A DNA stretch of 64,000 bases, taken from assembly GCA_040285855.1 (NCBI GenBank), contig JAUFOQ010000016.1:2852001-2916000 (forward strand), read 5' to 3'. Made by a program: the position numbers and the translations under genes. The notes below the pieces were generated by a model. It made no database searches. It was not told where the DNA came from and worked only from the letters and a program-made list of their open reading frames with translations. The DNA comes from Eukaryota sp. GEM-RC1. Lineage: Eukaryota. This document shows, piece by piece, positions 12,930-25,484 of the stretch. Position 1 is the stretch's first letter. Every line of letters starts with the position of its first letter.

Positions 12930-13720
12930 AACACTGAGAGCTAATAGAGCTTTTGAAATCATGATAGGAATTGTTTTAAATATTGTAAAAACAATATGAT
13001 TCAACCAAAATTTGAAATCAAATTTCTTGCTCATTCTTTTTTGACCACTTTCTCAAAATCAGAGAGAAAACAAAGAGCATCTCTACCAAGTTGACCATAA
13101 ATTGAAATCGCAAAAGGACATAATTTGTACTCAACATGTCTAATATGTTTGAGAGCAGTCAATGGTTCATCATATTTGATTCTCCTGTATTGTTCTGAAA
13201 AATCCAGTGGAGAACCTCATTTTTAGCATCCTTGAATGCACTTTTTTTGCAAACATCCACAGTAATCACATCAACAACGGTTAGTTCATCATTGACTGAT
13301 GGAACTCTAACATCAGCTCTTCTTATACCAAAAGTCTTATCAGAATCACTATTTTTTAAATTATTGATTTCCAGTGATCTCAACAATGGCTCAACAAAAG
13401 ATTCGTTTTTGTAGGACTTACACATGGTATGAATTTGATCTCTCACAGCATCATGAATACAAGTTCTGTAAGTAATGAAACGATTACAACTCAAAAGGTG
13501 AGAAAAAGTAACTAATTTTCCACATTTACATTGAAGATCATTGGGTAAATTAGAGGGGAACAAGAAGCATCGAAGTCTGAATGTTGTAGTCCATTGATGA
13601 TCATTCAACAACAAACCATAAATCTGAGGAATTTGGTTAATCAAAGCAACTGAAGAACTGTCCTTCAAATCAATTAAAAAATTTGCGAACGCTGGATTTT
13701 TTTCTTTGGCCGAAGCCTAG
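12930..13720 (-). mobile_element. 5'-truncated RLE-type (CRE-like) non-LTR retrotransposon relic
   Basis: RLR, CKC...H...C knuckle, IHDAVRD (RHD-like), EP, RRADV...VDV endonuclease motif, PFAISIYGQLG. Boundaries approximate. Confidence 0.72.
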
Positions 13721-14112
13721 ACGAATTTTAAATCCAGACATTCAAAATGTTTCAAAAGGTGTTTTGCAGTTTCTTAAGAGCAAATTTTAACGAGGTGACT
13801 CATCGTTCTGGAATTTCACAAATATCTGCTGGAAAACAAGTTTGCCAGAGGTCAGGTGAAATTAGCGACAATTCTGATCTCAAATTTACCAAGAAAAAAC
13901 TACTTGTCGAAACAAGAAGATTTTCTTGACTTGGGTAACGTCTACAGAACTCAAGTTTGAATGTTCTCAATTATATGTCACAAGCACACTGAAATTGTAT
14001 ATTGCCACAATAACATAACGTGTATTTTGACTCGATTGAGACAATAATATTATATGAAAAAGAGGTTTTGGTATAACGTTTGTTGAAATCGTTAGTACTG
14101 CTTATTTGCAAC

Positions 14113-14253
14113 CATACTTGTGGATTACACTAGTGAACATCTAAAAGTGGTGAGGGATTATCTTTACATGTAATAGAAGTGACTACACTTATACATTAAT
14201 CACATTTTAATCACAAGTAGTGTGATCACATGTATTTGTGATACACTAGTATG
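14113..14253. mobile_element. 141-bp MITE (family 3)
   Basis: TIRs CATACTTGTGGATTACA / CATACTAGTGTATCACA (reverse complement); perfect 8-bp TSD TTTGCAAC (14105-14112, 14254-14261). Confidence 0.88.
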
Positions 14254-14703
14254 TTTGCAACGACAAATGAAAGACGTTTTTAAACTTCTTTTCAGAAATT
14301 ACGTCTTTACAAATAAAGACCTCTTTATTGACCCAAAATAACTGTGATGCAGCGGATGTCATCTAGTTTCATCTCACAACTGTAGCGCTTCTCACATGGA
14401 AAATTATTACATTAAATTATTACAGCCTATAAAAACCCACACCGCGTAAATTCATCCCTTCAATTAGAAATCATCTATTCGATTCTGTCAGTATTGGGAT
14501 TAATTCTTTCTCATTCAGCTGATTATTCTAATGTGATTTTGTATCAGTTTAATGCAGTGACGACGAGGTATTGTCGACTTAAACTCTCCAACCGAAACAT
14601 ACGAGTGATTTAACGACTATTGAAAATTTTACAGTAATTAAAACTCAGGCAAGTCTTCAGCAACTCTCAAAAAATTGTCATATTTTTAAATATTAACAGT
14701 TTT

Positions 14704-16714
14704 TTATAATGGGGACGACTTATCAGCAATTTCGTTAACAATTGGTGACGATGCAACCAATGATGACAACGCAGCAACATCACTACCCAATTACTCTATT
14801 GAAACTCCCTCAATTCTAGAGCTCAAAGTAATAGCAGTCACATCAGACTTGGGAAGTGGATCAAGTTCAATTGAATCAAGAATGGTCATGAGACGAGCTT
14901 CAGCTTCAAACTTTTCCTCAATTGTTGTACATACAAAATTTGGAATTTCATTAGAAATCTTGCGAATTACGTGTGCAAGGATTAAAGACATCTGAGGTCT
15001 AGTAACACGCAGAATGTTGGCCAAAACATCTAAACATTCAATTAATGTATCACGAAGTTGAGCCAATCCATGTTCAACGTCATACAGTCTAGCATACTGG
15101 TCTCCAATACCATTAGTAACACAAGCACGAGCTAAGATCATGTATAGAAAGATACTTGATCCAAGTAACCAAGACCTTAGATTTGAATAGCGGAATAAAC
15201 CCTTCATACAAGGTTCTAAAGTTCCAGTAGTAAATACATCGTAACGACCGGGTTGTAGTCCAGGTTGCCATTGAGGATTGGAGGAAAAGTGTTTGAAAGG
15301 AACTTCAGATGAACAATCCATTGGTGACCAATTGACAGCAGAGCATTTTGGACACCTATGTTGATCTGGGCCAGTCCAAACATTAGGACCACTACCGTGC
15401 CTACGGACTCCCTGACCGTCCACAATCACCAATAATTTGGGAATGGCCACAAGATAAACAGTAATAGATATGTAGGCCAATGTTTTGTAAATGAATTCTG
15501 GAAAAACAATTATTTGGGAAATTGAAGGGAATAAAAGCGGCTTCAATAGAAGAAGTGGTAAATACCTGACAGGAATAAGAATTTAAAATTTCTCCAAGTG
15601 GAAGTAGACAGCAAATGGAATTATCAAAGACATTAAAAGTTGTTTTAAATTCGATTCTGGTATATTTCTATGCTTAGAAATTAAAATTGCAGAAATCTTA
15701 CGTCCTGTAATTTTAGATAGGTCAATAGTTCCGCTTTGAAGTCTTTGGACTTCTTCAATGATTGCAGGGTTACTCTTATAGTCAGTATCACCTGCTAGAC
15801 CACTAAACTCGTCATCATTTATAATCAATGGGGTAGGAATAAGTTCCTTTTGATTAAGGCTGACATTTGAATTGCTAGTCTTGTTGATTGAATCACTAAA
15901 GATGACAATTCAGAACTGTTATTCTTCAGTTCATCATCATTCTCAAGTAAAGAATCAAAATCCAAAATTTTGAACTTATCAACAAGAAACTCTCGTAATG
16001 GCTGTTCTAGTTCTTTAATTCCACGTAAAGGATCGAGAAGTAAGATCTCCCAATCTTTGAGGGAAAAAACCGTCAAATTAAGGTGATTCAAAATATTTGA
16101 AAACCGATATAATTCAAAATGTAAATTACAAACGGAAACCACTAACGACCTGACTAACCAGGATTGCAATTGATGGTCATCACAAAACTTAGTCAGCAAT
16201 TGAATAGAATCAGTTTTCAAATTAACACCAACATCAATTTGAATATCTTTTGATATCTTCAAATATGAACCAGCAATCTTCAAAGCCCTTAAATCTTGAT
16301 TTTCATCGGCTCTTAACAGAAAACAAAGCAACCAGGTCCAATTAACCACGTTTTTAGACATTACCAGTTCAATTTGGGTGATCAATGGATCTGCTTGAAA
16401 GTAATGGGCTAGGTAAAATAGATCGTAAACATTGGATTCAGAGACGTCAACTTTGATACCATAAAGAGCTCTAATACAGGCAACAAAAGAGGAATCACTT
16501 ACTGCTAGTTGAGAGAAATCTAAGGGATTATTGTCTCTGTCAGCACACTCCACGTACCAAAGATCAAAGAAAGTCTTGGAGCTGGAAGCAAGTACGTTTC
16601 TACACACGTGGAGGTGTGGTCACCAAAGACAAGAGTTTGATCAGAGAGGGATGAGTTGTTAAATAGAGAGGAGAGAATGTCAGAGGAGGTTATGGAAAGA
16701 AACGGTTGGGACAT
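14704..16714 (-). CDS. Type C chimera: BTB/POZ domain - truncated RNF213-like E3 module with RZ-like finger
   Basis: SDQTLVFG...HVCRNVLASSSKTF...LYG...LFYLAHYFQA (BTB); then DDEFSGLAGDTDYK and CLSCGHSQIIGDCGR...CPKC. Several 1-bp indels; copy-specific stop at 14791. Confidence 0.78.
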
Positions 16715-17459
16715 TGTGAAGAAAGATTGTTCTTGAATTAATTGACTTTTGAAGACATTTCATAGTACATTGTAGTTCTTCCTCCAAACAAATGTTAAAG
16801 AAAATGTGTGCATAAACCTTGTCTGGAGTAGAAAGTAAAGATCTGGTGGAGGCGAATAGCAAACTGTCAAATAAGTGTAGAATTCTGTCCGATTTCAAAA
16901 ACAGACATCGGTTTAACCAACATTCTCATCGTAGGTTAACGAAAGACTTATTGGAGAGAAGCTCATGTGGATTTAGCCATCATTGCACAATAATTCAATT
17001 TCCTGTCTTTCCACTGCAAACATAAATATTATTGTTGAATATACGTATTTATTGGCAACAACACTATAGTGTGGACTTAAAGGAGAAAAGTACGGCTGCG
17101 TTTGGAAGTCCAATGCTTTATTACGTCAACTTATATCTTGTATCGAATATCATAGAACAGTCTGAGTCAAAAGTCATTTTTTTTTGAAATTTTGTGTGGA
17201 AACACACAGTAAAGTGAAGAATGTTTTGTGTATAAATTGTGGATTTCGGCTTGTACTGGACCAAATTTGCCGTGTTTGAGTAGAAGTAGTTTGCAGTTTC
17301 CAGTTAAGGGAAACTGTCCAATCTCTGTCAGTACACTCTAACACTTCTAACATGTCGTATACCCATTAATAGTTGAACATTAATTCACCTGAACAAATTA
17401 AAGCATGTATTTAAATCTGTTCTGTATTAAATTTGGTTGTGCTGGTCTACTAAGAAAGA

Positions 17460-20400
17460 CTACGTCGATAATTTCTTTAAGCCGTGAAACATCTCAGACA
17501 CTTTCAATTGACACTCCTCCAAGAATTTCAAATCGTCATTGAAATAACAAACTTCACAGTCTTGAGAATCCATGGGATGAATTCCAACTCTCAAAACAAA
17601 CTTCTTTAATAAACTAATATGAGTCATGATATCTGGAATTCCTTTCAGTTTGAGTAATGACTTTACAGTTTTAGCTAAAAGTTTGGACTTGAACTGAGGC
17701 TGAACCAATTCTTCCAGAATGTTATACGGGAAACTTTGCTCAACCAACTTTAATATGTCCAAAATCTGCCCAATAGGTTCATTTTCAAAAGAAGTCCAAT
17801 ATTTTGGCAAAAATCGTCAAGTTTTTCTGTTTCAGAAATGCCTTTAAACTCAAAGATCTGTCATTTGGAAGCTCTGTAGCGATAGTTCTAGTGACAATAA
17901 TAATTTCATTATAAAGAGGAAGATAATCATCATCAATAACGGAAGGTGGAAAAACAACATTACCATCGACAGTAAAACCTTCTTCTGAAAGAATATCCTC
18001 CAAGTCGTACAAGTCTTTGGATTTGGAAAGTAGAAACTCTGGAGATTCTATTGGTTCAATGTTATGTTTAATCAATCCAGAAAGAATGTAACCGTCATAA
18101 ACGTGATCTACAACACGTAAACGGTAAGTGAAAGGATCAAGGGTGATACCACGACTGTCACACTTTATCTGAACAAAGACTCAGAATCGATTGAAAGAGA
18201 TCAATCGATCCCAATGAATAATTCCCAACAAGAGCATTATGAGTGTTAACAAATTCCTCTTCAATTAGAGTTCGAATAGGCATAGCATCCTCACAATCGT
18301 CAAGAGTGAATAGTCCAAGACAAGAAGAATCAGAAAGTTCTTCGTCAAGAAGATATGACTGACAGCCAACAGTGATTTCCTCTCTACCCAATAGTCGTCG
18401 CAAATCAGTCACAATTAAACTATAGCTGTCAATTGCTTCTGAAAACAGTCTTTTACTAGGCCGATTAGTCAAAATTGATGTAATCGGGAAATGATTGCCT
18501 TGTCTTTAAGGATTGAAGCAGTCTTTTCACGAACAAATTTAACAAGTTTTAAGAACTCAGGAAGGTGTTCGCCGACGATCATAAAACTGTTTGATTTTGA
18601 AATATCAATAATATTTAAAAATCGTGACAACTTATCGGGAATTTCGTTAACAATTGGTGACGACGCAATCAAAGATGACAACGCAGCAACATCACTACCC
18701 AATTCGTCTATTGAAACTCCCTCAATTCTAGAGCTCAAAGTAAGAGCAGTCACATCAGACTTGGGAAGTGGATCAAGTTCAATTGAATCAAGAATGGTCA
18801 TGATACGAGCTTCAGCTTCAAACTTTTCCTCTATTGTTGTACATACAAAATTTGGAATTTCATTAGAAATCTTTCGAATTACGTGTGCAAGGATTAAAGA
18901 CATATGAGGTCTAGTAACACGCAGAATGTTGGCCAAAACATCTAAACATTCAATTAATGTATCACGAAGTTGAGCCAATCCATGTTCAACGTCATACATT
19001 CTAGCATACTGGTCTCCAATACCATTAGTAACACAAGCACGAGCTAAGACCATGTATAGAAAGATACTTGATCCAAGTAACCAAGATCTTAGACTTGAAT
19101 AGCGGAATAAACCCTTCAGACAAGGTTCTAAAGTGCCATTAGTAAATACATCGTAACGACCAGGTTGTAGTCCAGGTTGCCATTGAGGATTGGAGCAGAA
19201 GTGTTTGAAAGGAACTTCCAGGTGAAGAATCCATTGGTGCCCAATTGACAGCAGAACATTTTGGACAATTATGTTTATCTCCCCTGTCCAAACATCGGGA
19301 CGATTGCCATGTTCATTAACTCCTGAACCTCCACAATTTTCAACGATTTGAGTAAACCCACAAGTTAAACAGTAGTGGCTATGAAACCCATACCTATTTA
19401 AATCAATTCTTGAAAAACAATTATTTGGGAAATTAAAGGGAATATAAACAGCTTCAATGAGGGAAGTAGAAAACGTCCTACAAGAATCAGAATTTAAAAC
19501 TTCACCAAGTGGAAGTAGGAAGAAATAGAGTTTTCAAACAGATCATGAAGTTGTTTAAAAATAGAGTCAGGTATATTCCTATTCTTAGAAATTAAAATAG
19601 CAGAAACCTTATGCCCAGTGATTTCAGACAGGTCAATAGTTCCAGCTTGAAGTCTTTGGACTTCTTCAATGATTGCAGGATTACTTTTATAGTCAGTATC
19701 ACCTGCTAAACCACTAAAATCGTCATCATTCAAGTTCAATGGGGCAAGTAACTCCTGTTTTTGACTGGTAGTTCCATCTGAATCCTTGATTAAACAAGAA
19801 AGAGCTTCCATTGCTTCACCCTCAGTTCCACGTGATAAAAGTAAACGAATAAGGAAAGTCTTTGTTCCAATCAAATGTGATTTTGTCTTTTCTGATTGGT
19901 CAAGTGAGAAGTTCAAAACTTCGATAGGAAGTGGTTGGTTTTGTCAATAAGATCTGTAACCAAGATAGAAAATAACTTACTATAAAGAGTAATTAGAGTG
20001 AGTTGTGAGGCTTTACGTAACTTAGCCAGTACTTCAGACAGAGTTGGTAACGGGAAACCAAGTTTAGGCACACATGAAGCAAATGACTGAGACAAGGAAG
20101 GCCAAAAACCATGGAAAGATTCAGAATCACGGTACCTTAAGAAAAGAGATTCAAGACAAGTGGGGGTTGATTCAATAAATGATGATAAGTTTGGGTGGTT
20201 CGGATTCATTTTCAATTTTCAAACAATTTTTCAAATATTAAAGGAGTCACGTCACCAATAACAGAAGGATCACTAACAAGCTCAAAAGATTAGACTGTAA
20301 CAACAACTCAGGATCAAAATGATCACAAAGAGCTCCAATGACACGTAAGCGATTAGGTGTTGGATCTGACAAGAAGAATTTAATAGTGTCTAAAACATCT

Positions 20401-22218
20401 TGTTCACTAGTAATTATATTCTCAGAAGCAAGTTCGTCAGGACAATCATGAACATATGCTAACTTTAACCAAGAAGTACATATTCTGCCTAAAGAACTAT
20501 CTTCAATCTCTAAAGAAAGATGAGATAACACAGCTTCTTTAGCTTCAGGTTGCAGAGAATTAATGAGCTGGAAACCCAGAGCTGTCGTTGATTGATCCTC
20601 ATGGATTGGTTGGTTGAGTGATTGGAGATGAGCAATAACACGTGATTGGTGGTAAAGTTGTTTGTTTGTTAAGAAAATGTAAAGCTCAGAAAAGAGATCA
20701 ACGATTGAGGGACAAGCAGAAGCATTTTGAACGAAAGAATCAACAAAGAATACCGATATCTCGAAATATTCAAATATTGGTCGAACAATTGAGGTGATAT
20801 CATTTTCTTCAACTTTGCAGGTATAATTATAAAGCATAACATCGTGATCTGACATATCTTCAATCAACTCCAAAAGAGATCAAGCTCAGAATTGTTATCA
20901 CGATGATATTCAATTAAAGCACAAATAAAGTAAAGGAAAGGCAGTTCCACGAAAGTTAAGATTCCAAATGAAGTTCTTGTAGAATTGCATTGTGGTAACT
21001 TAGACGAAGATAAAATCCAAGAAACGTATTCAAGGTAAGATTTAATCGACATAAAACCGGTATCAAAAGGAATCATCAGATTCCAATCAATTAACACGGA
21101 GAAAACTTCTTTCAAATGTGAAAACACGTGATCGTTAACGATGGTGAAAGAACTAAACTTTGTAAGTTTTCTTTCTAAATCACGAACTGTCTCAATCAAA
21201 CAATTGTTGTGGTTGATCAAAAGGGTACTACTATCATTATCCCCAATCAAAATGTTTGATCATCACAATCAGAAACATTCACACCTTTAATAATCTCAGT
21301 AATTTCATTGATTGTTGGTCGTAACATGGGATCAGAATGCAAACATTTTGAAATTAAATCCTTTAAACAATCAGGTACTGAAGAATCAAAAGGTAATGAA
21401 TCGTTGATATCAGGACTCTGACTCGCCACTTGGCCTTCAAAAGCTTCTTGTCCAGACAAAATTTGATACATAATTAACCCAAGTGAATAAATGTCACGTT
21501 GAGGTCCATATTGTGTATTTAATTCATCTGAAACACCAGTTTTAGAAAACACGGCAGGTTTTCCAGTTTTCAAAGAAGTTGTAGAAACAGTTTTGGAGGT
21601 ACCAAAATCAGCAACTTTAACGTGACCATCCACTAGAAGAATATTGCATGGTTTCAAGTCACCATGAACAACAGACTTCAGGTGGAGAAACTTGACACCC
21701 TGGCAAAGCTCTTTAGCGTATCTAAGTGTTACTGATGACAGAGAACTTGGGAAGGGGGAGGGAAGAAGAAGCTCTTTCCATCACGATACCAATAGAATCA
21801 TTGAAGAAGGAGATGCCATAGACACGTATAACAGAAGGATGATTCAGGTTGTAGAGCAGATTCATTTCTTTTGGAGTTCGAGTTTCCCTTTATCTGTAAG
21901 GGCAACCATCTTGACAGCGACAGGGAGATCGGACCATTCGGCTGCAAAGACGACAGCAAAATCATCTTCTGCAATTTTAGCTCCGAGAAGTATGTGATCG
22001 GGAGAAATTTGAGGGCAAAGATCGCCTTTATTGGAAGCAATGACCAGATCGAGTATACAAGAGTTAGGCTTCTTCTCCTTGAGACATTCGATACGACAGA
22101 AGGGGCAGACGTCTAGAGAAGCACAGCATTCAGTACAAGCAGAGTGTCCTTCGCCACAAACCAACAGAGGAAGACGAGAAGATAGATTAAATGGCTTGCA
22201 GCAGCCAAAGCAGTTCAT
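17460..22218 (-). CDS. Type B chimera: RING - degenerate kinase - linker - long RNF213-like E3 module (RZ-like finger plus C-terminal domain)
   Basis: Collinear ORF fragments from MNCFGCC... to ...GLKKLST*, separated by 1-bp indels; the 5' half is largely one ORF in the copy at 53874..55382. Confidence 0.78.
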
Positions 22219-22879
22219 CCAAAGTGATAGAGTTTTGTTTGGAAATCAAAATTCAATTTCTATTTGTCAAAACTAACATTCAAAAGTTATTATTCACGAA
22301 CAGCTTTTCTCTAGTTAAGAGTGTCACAATTCATTGTAAAATGTGTCTAATGATGATTTCTTAGTCTGTCTGGAACTCGATACAAGTATTTCTGAAATAT
22401 ATGAGATTGTAAATATAAATTCAATTTTGGCCAAGCTTTTTGGTGGTAACTACTAGTGCTTGTCGGACTTGGATAGTGCGCTTGATAATTTCCTGTACGT
22501 GCTTTGTTAAGTGCATTCTAGTATCGGTATCCAAATTGAGGTAACACAACGAAATGAACTGACTCTACACGATATGTCAATATTTGACTGTATTGATGGA
22601 ACTCCCTGTTATTATATACTAGTATATATATATATCTACAGAATTTTGTTTTCGAGTTTTGTAATCGATATCCTTCAAGTACTTCTCTTTGTCAAATTAC
22701 TTACAGTTTATATCTCATTCATCTCCGTTGCGATATTGGAGGTTTTTTCTCCCGAGTGATGCTCACTTTGTTTTCCTACTGATATCACAGTATTTCCATG
22801 TCGAAACATTTTGTCTTTAAAATTTGCTTTAAAGATATTCGTAAATCATTTATTAAATTATTGTGAGTAAATTTTACTG

Positions 22880-23650
22880 TTCGGTTAAGGAAAAAACCCA
22901 GTTTCCCTAATTTGTTAATTGATTTTAATGAGGGTGCTGATGTGGCATTAATTAATCAAATTTCACAAAGGTATGGTCTACTATTAAACGATCATCAATG
23001 GACCACTACAATGCGACTTCGTTGCTGTTTATGACCATACAATTTGCCAAACGATCTTTTATGTAGTTGTGGTAAACAATTAGCCTGTTCTCATTTGTTA
23101 AGTTGTAATCGCTACATAACTTATCAGACATGTATGCATGAATGATACTGTAACAGACCAAATACATGCTCTGTGTAAGTTCTACAAAATTGAATAATTT
23201 GTTGAACCACTTCTTAACTCTTTAGATTTAAATTATTGTGATATTGTAATGTCGAAAAACAGAATCAATTTTTGGTGAACAGAGAGCAGATTTTGTTGTC
23301 CTTCTTCTTCAGACAAATTGTTTATTGTTGATGTGGTGTCAGTGGATGTTTGGAAGAAGACATCTTTAAAGAATGCTTACTCTAAAACCTCCCTGAACAA
23401 GCCAAACTTGATAAGTACAGAAAATCATTAATGGCTCTAAAACTTGTAAAACGTGTTAAGTATGAATTATACCCTTTTGGTGTATCCAGCTACGGATATT
23501 TAGGAAAAGTGATCTGAGCTTTTAAATCAATTTCGAAAATCGTAAAAGAAGGATGAATACACGCTTTGATCATATGTTATGGATGAATCGTATCGTTTTT
23601 AGTGTTTAAAACAATTTTCCTAGTCATCTCCAAAGCTTTACTAGCTCTGA
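22880..23650 (+). mobile_element. Decayed RLE-type non-LTR relic, same family as 12930..13720
   Basis: VALINQI..YGLLLNDHQWTTTMRLRC...CSCGK...HLLSCNR, with stops; RAD, KLDKY, YPFG motifs. Confidence 0.7.
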
Positions 23651-23812
23651 ATATCGGTTGTAAGATTTGGTGATGACAAATGTTATTTTATTGATAACAA
23701 TTTTGGTTATATCACTTTTATAAATTACGTCATAAACAACTTCTCGATTATTTATACAATGTATAAACATGTACATATGATATGATCTTTGGATAAAGTT
23801 TGATAAATTAAC

Positions 23813-24436
23813 CAGGGGTTGAAAAATATATGTTTATTGTCCACCAAAATATTTATTGACACTCTGTGAGGTCGAACAACATGGTATTGTTATTGTGAAC
23901 AATATATATGTATTTATGGACAATAGATTGCAATATTGGAAAATACAAACAACAGTTTTTCTACGAGTTGTAAATCCTGCGAAGTGTTTTCTGATTTCAC
24001 AAAGCATGATTGAAGCGCAAAAACAGTTGTTTTTGTAAGGTATATGGATCCAAAGCAGGTCCATGACAACATAAAGTGGGGTTTGTGCCACTGATGAGCC
24101 TCTCTCCACTTCCCTACTGGGTGGGTGATGGAGAAAAGGTCATTGTCTACTGAATTGATGGTGCTTGAAACAATAAGTTGACACTTGAAGCCGAATGGAG
24201 AAGTCAATACATAGACTTGTTTAGATTCCTCCCTCTTCAAGGAACGTCTATACTATTACACAATGTATTTTCCCACAAATATTCTATAAAACACTGCTGA
24301 ATCGATTAATTTTCACTGACATTACCCAACAATATATTGCACAATATTTATTGATATTGTGTACTTGCCAACAATACCATATTGTTATTGTACTTATTGC
24401 AATATATTGCAATATCAATACATTTTCCAATCCCTG
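23813..24436. mobile_element. Non-autonomous hAT-type element (MITE family 2)
   Basis: TIRs CAGGGGTTGAAAAATATAT / CAGGGATTGGAAAATGTAT (reverse complement); perfect 8-bp TSD AAATTAAC (23805-23812, 24437-24444); CAATA/TATTG subterminal repeats. Confidence 0.88.
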
Positions 24437-24787
24437 AAATTAACTGATGTGCTTTTGCTTATGTTTCGTATTTAATATCATTAAATTGTTTAAACATTTT
24501 CATTTCAACATCAGGATATTTAAATCCAATTAGTAACATTTTGTTTCTATTTAAAAGATATATAATTGTAAGAGGAAGTTTTAAGACGTATCTTATACTT
24601 GAGATCATCCCCACTTCGAGTTTATGAAAACATTGAGTTTACTTATCCGCCATTATTAACTGTGTTACAAATGAAATTAGACGGAATGTGATAGTGTTCT
24701 AATCACTAATTATTTCAATTCATAGTCAAAGATTTGTGTGTCCACATGTGCGTTGCAATTGAACAAGCACATAATCATTTGTTGAGT

Positions 24788-25484
24788 CTACAAAGTCAAT
24801 CTCTCCAATCCCCAAAAAGTATCAGAGGCTTTCAATTGAGATTCCTCCAAGAATTCAAAATCTTCACTGAAACAACAAACTTCATAGTCTTGCGAATCCA
24901 TGGGATGAATTCCAACTCTCAAAACAAACTTCTTTAATAAACTAATAAATTCTCTAATGCGAGACTTTCGTTTAAGTTTAAGTAAAGATTGTACCTTACT
25001 AACAGAAAGTTTGGTTTTAAACTGATCCTGAACCAATTCTTCAAGAAGCTGGAATGGGAAATGTAGTTCTACCGAATTTAATACTGTTAAAATCTGCCCA
25101 ATAGGTTCATTTTCAAAAGAAGTCCAATATTTTGACAGAAATCGTCAAGTTTTCTCTGCTTCAGGAATGCCTTTAAGCTCATAGATCTGTCATTTGGAAG
25201 CTCTGTAGCGATAGTTCTAGTGACAATAATAATTTCATTATAAAGAGGTAGGTAATCATCATCAATAATGGAAGGTGGACTGACAACATTATCATCAACA
25301 GTAAAACCTTCTTTAAATAGAAGGTCTTCTAAGTCATATAAGTCCTTGGTTTTAGAAAGGAGGAACTCAGGAGATTCTATTGGTTCAATTCTGTGCTTAA
25401 TCAATCCAGAAAGAATGTAACCGTCATAAACGTGATCTACAACACGTAAACGGCAAGTGAAAGGATCAAAGGTGATACCACGAC
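24788..25484 (-). pseudogene. 3' end of a type A gene, detached by the inversion (5' part at 50171..53890)
   Basis: Matches 58519..59216. Starts exactly at gtcgtggtatc, the continuation of ...aagtgtgaca at 53890. Confidence 0.9.

Larger units (their letters stand above)
1..20175. repeat. Left arm of apparent 20-kb inverted repeat (mirrors 25485..45619)
   Basis: Base 1 onward (gaattgaaagtaagtcatcc) is the reverse complement of sequence ending at 45619. All genes and elements are mirrored. The arm ends at ttgattcaa 20175, matching ttgaatcaac at 25485. Confidence 0.97.
20176..25484. repeat. 5.3-kb direct repeat (other copy 53891..59216)
   Basis: Both copies start taaatgatgataagtttggg and end ...gtgat(a/g)cc(a/g)cgac, with collinear content. 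Confidence 0.96.
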
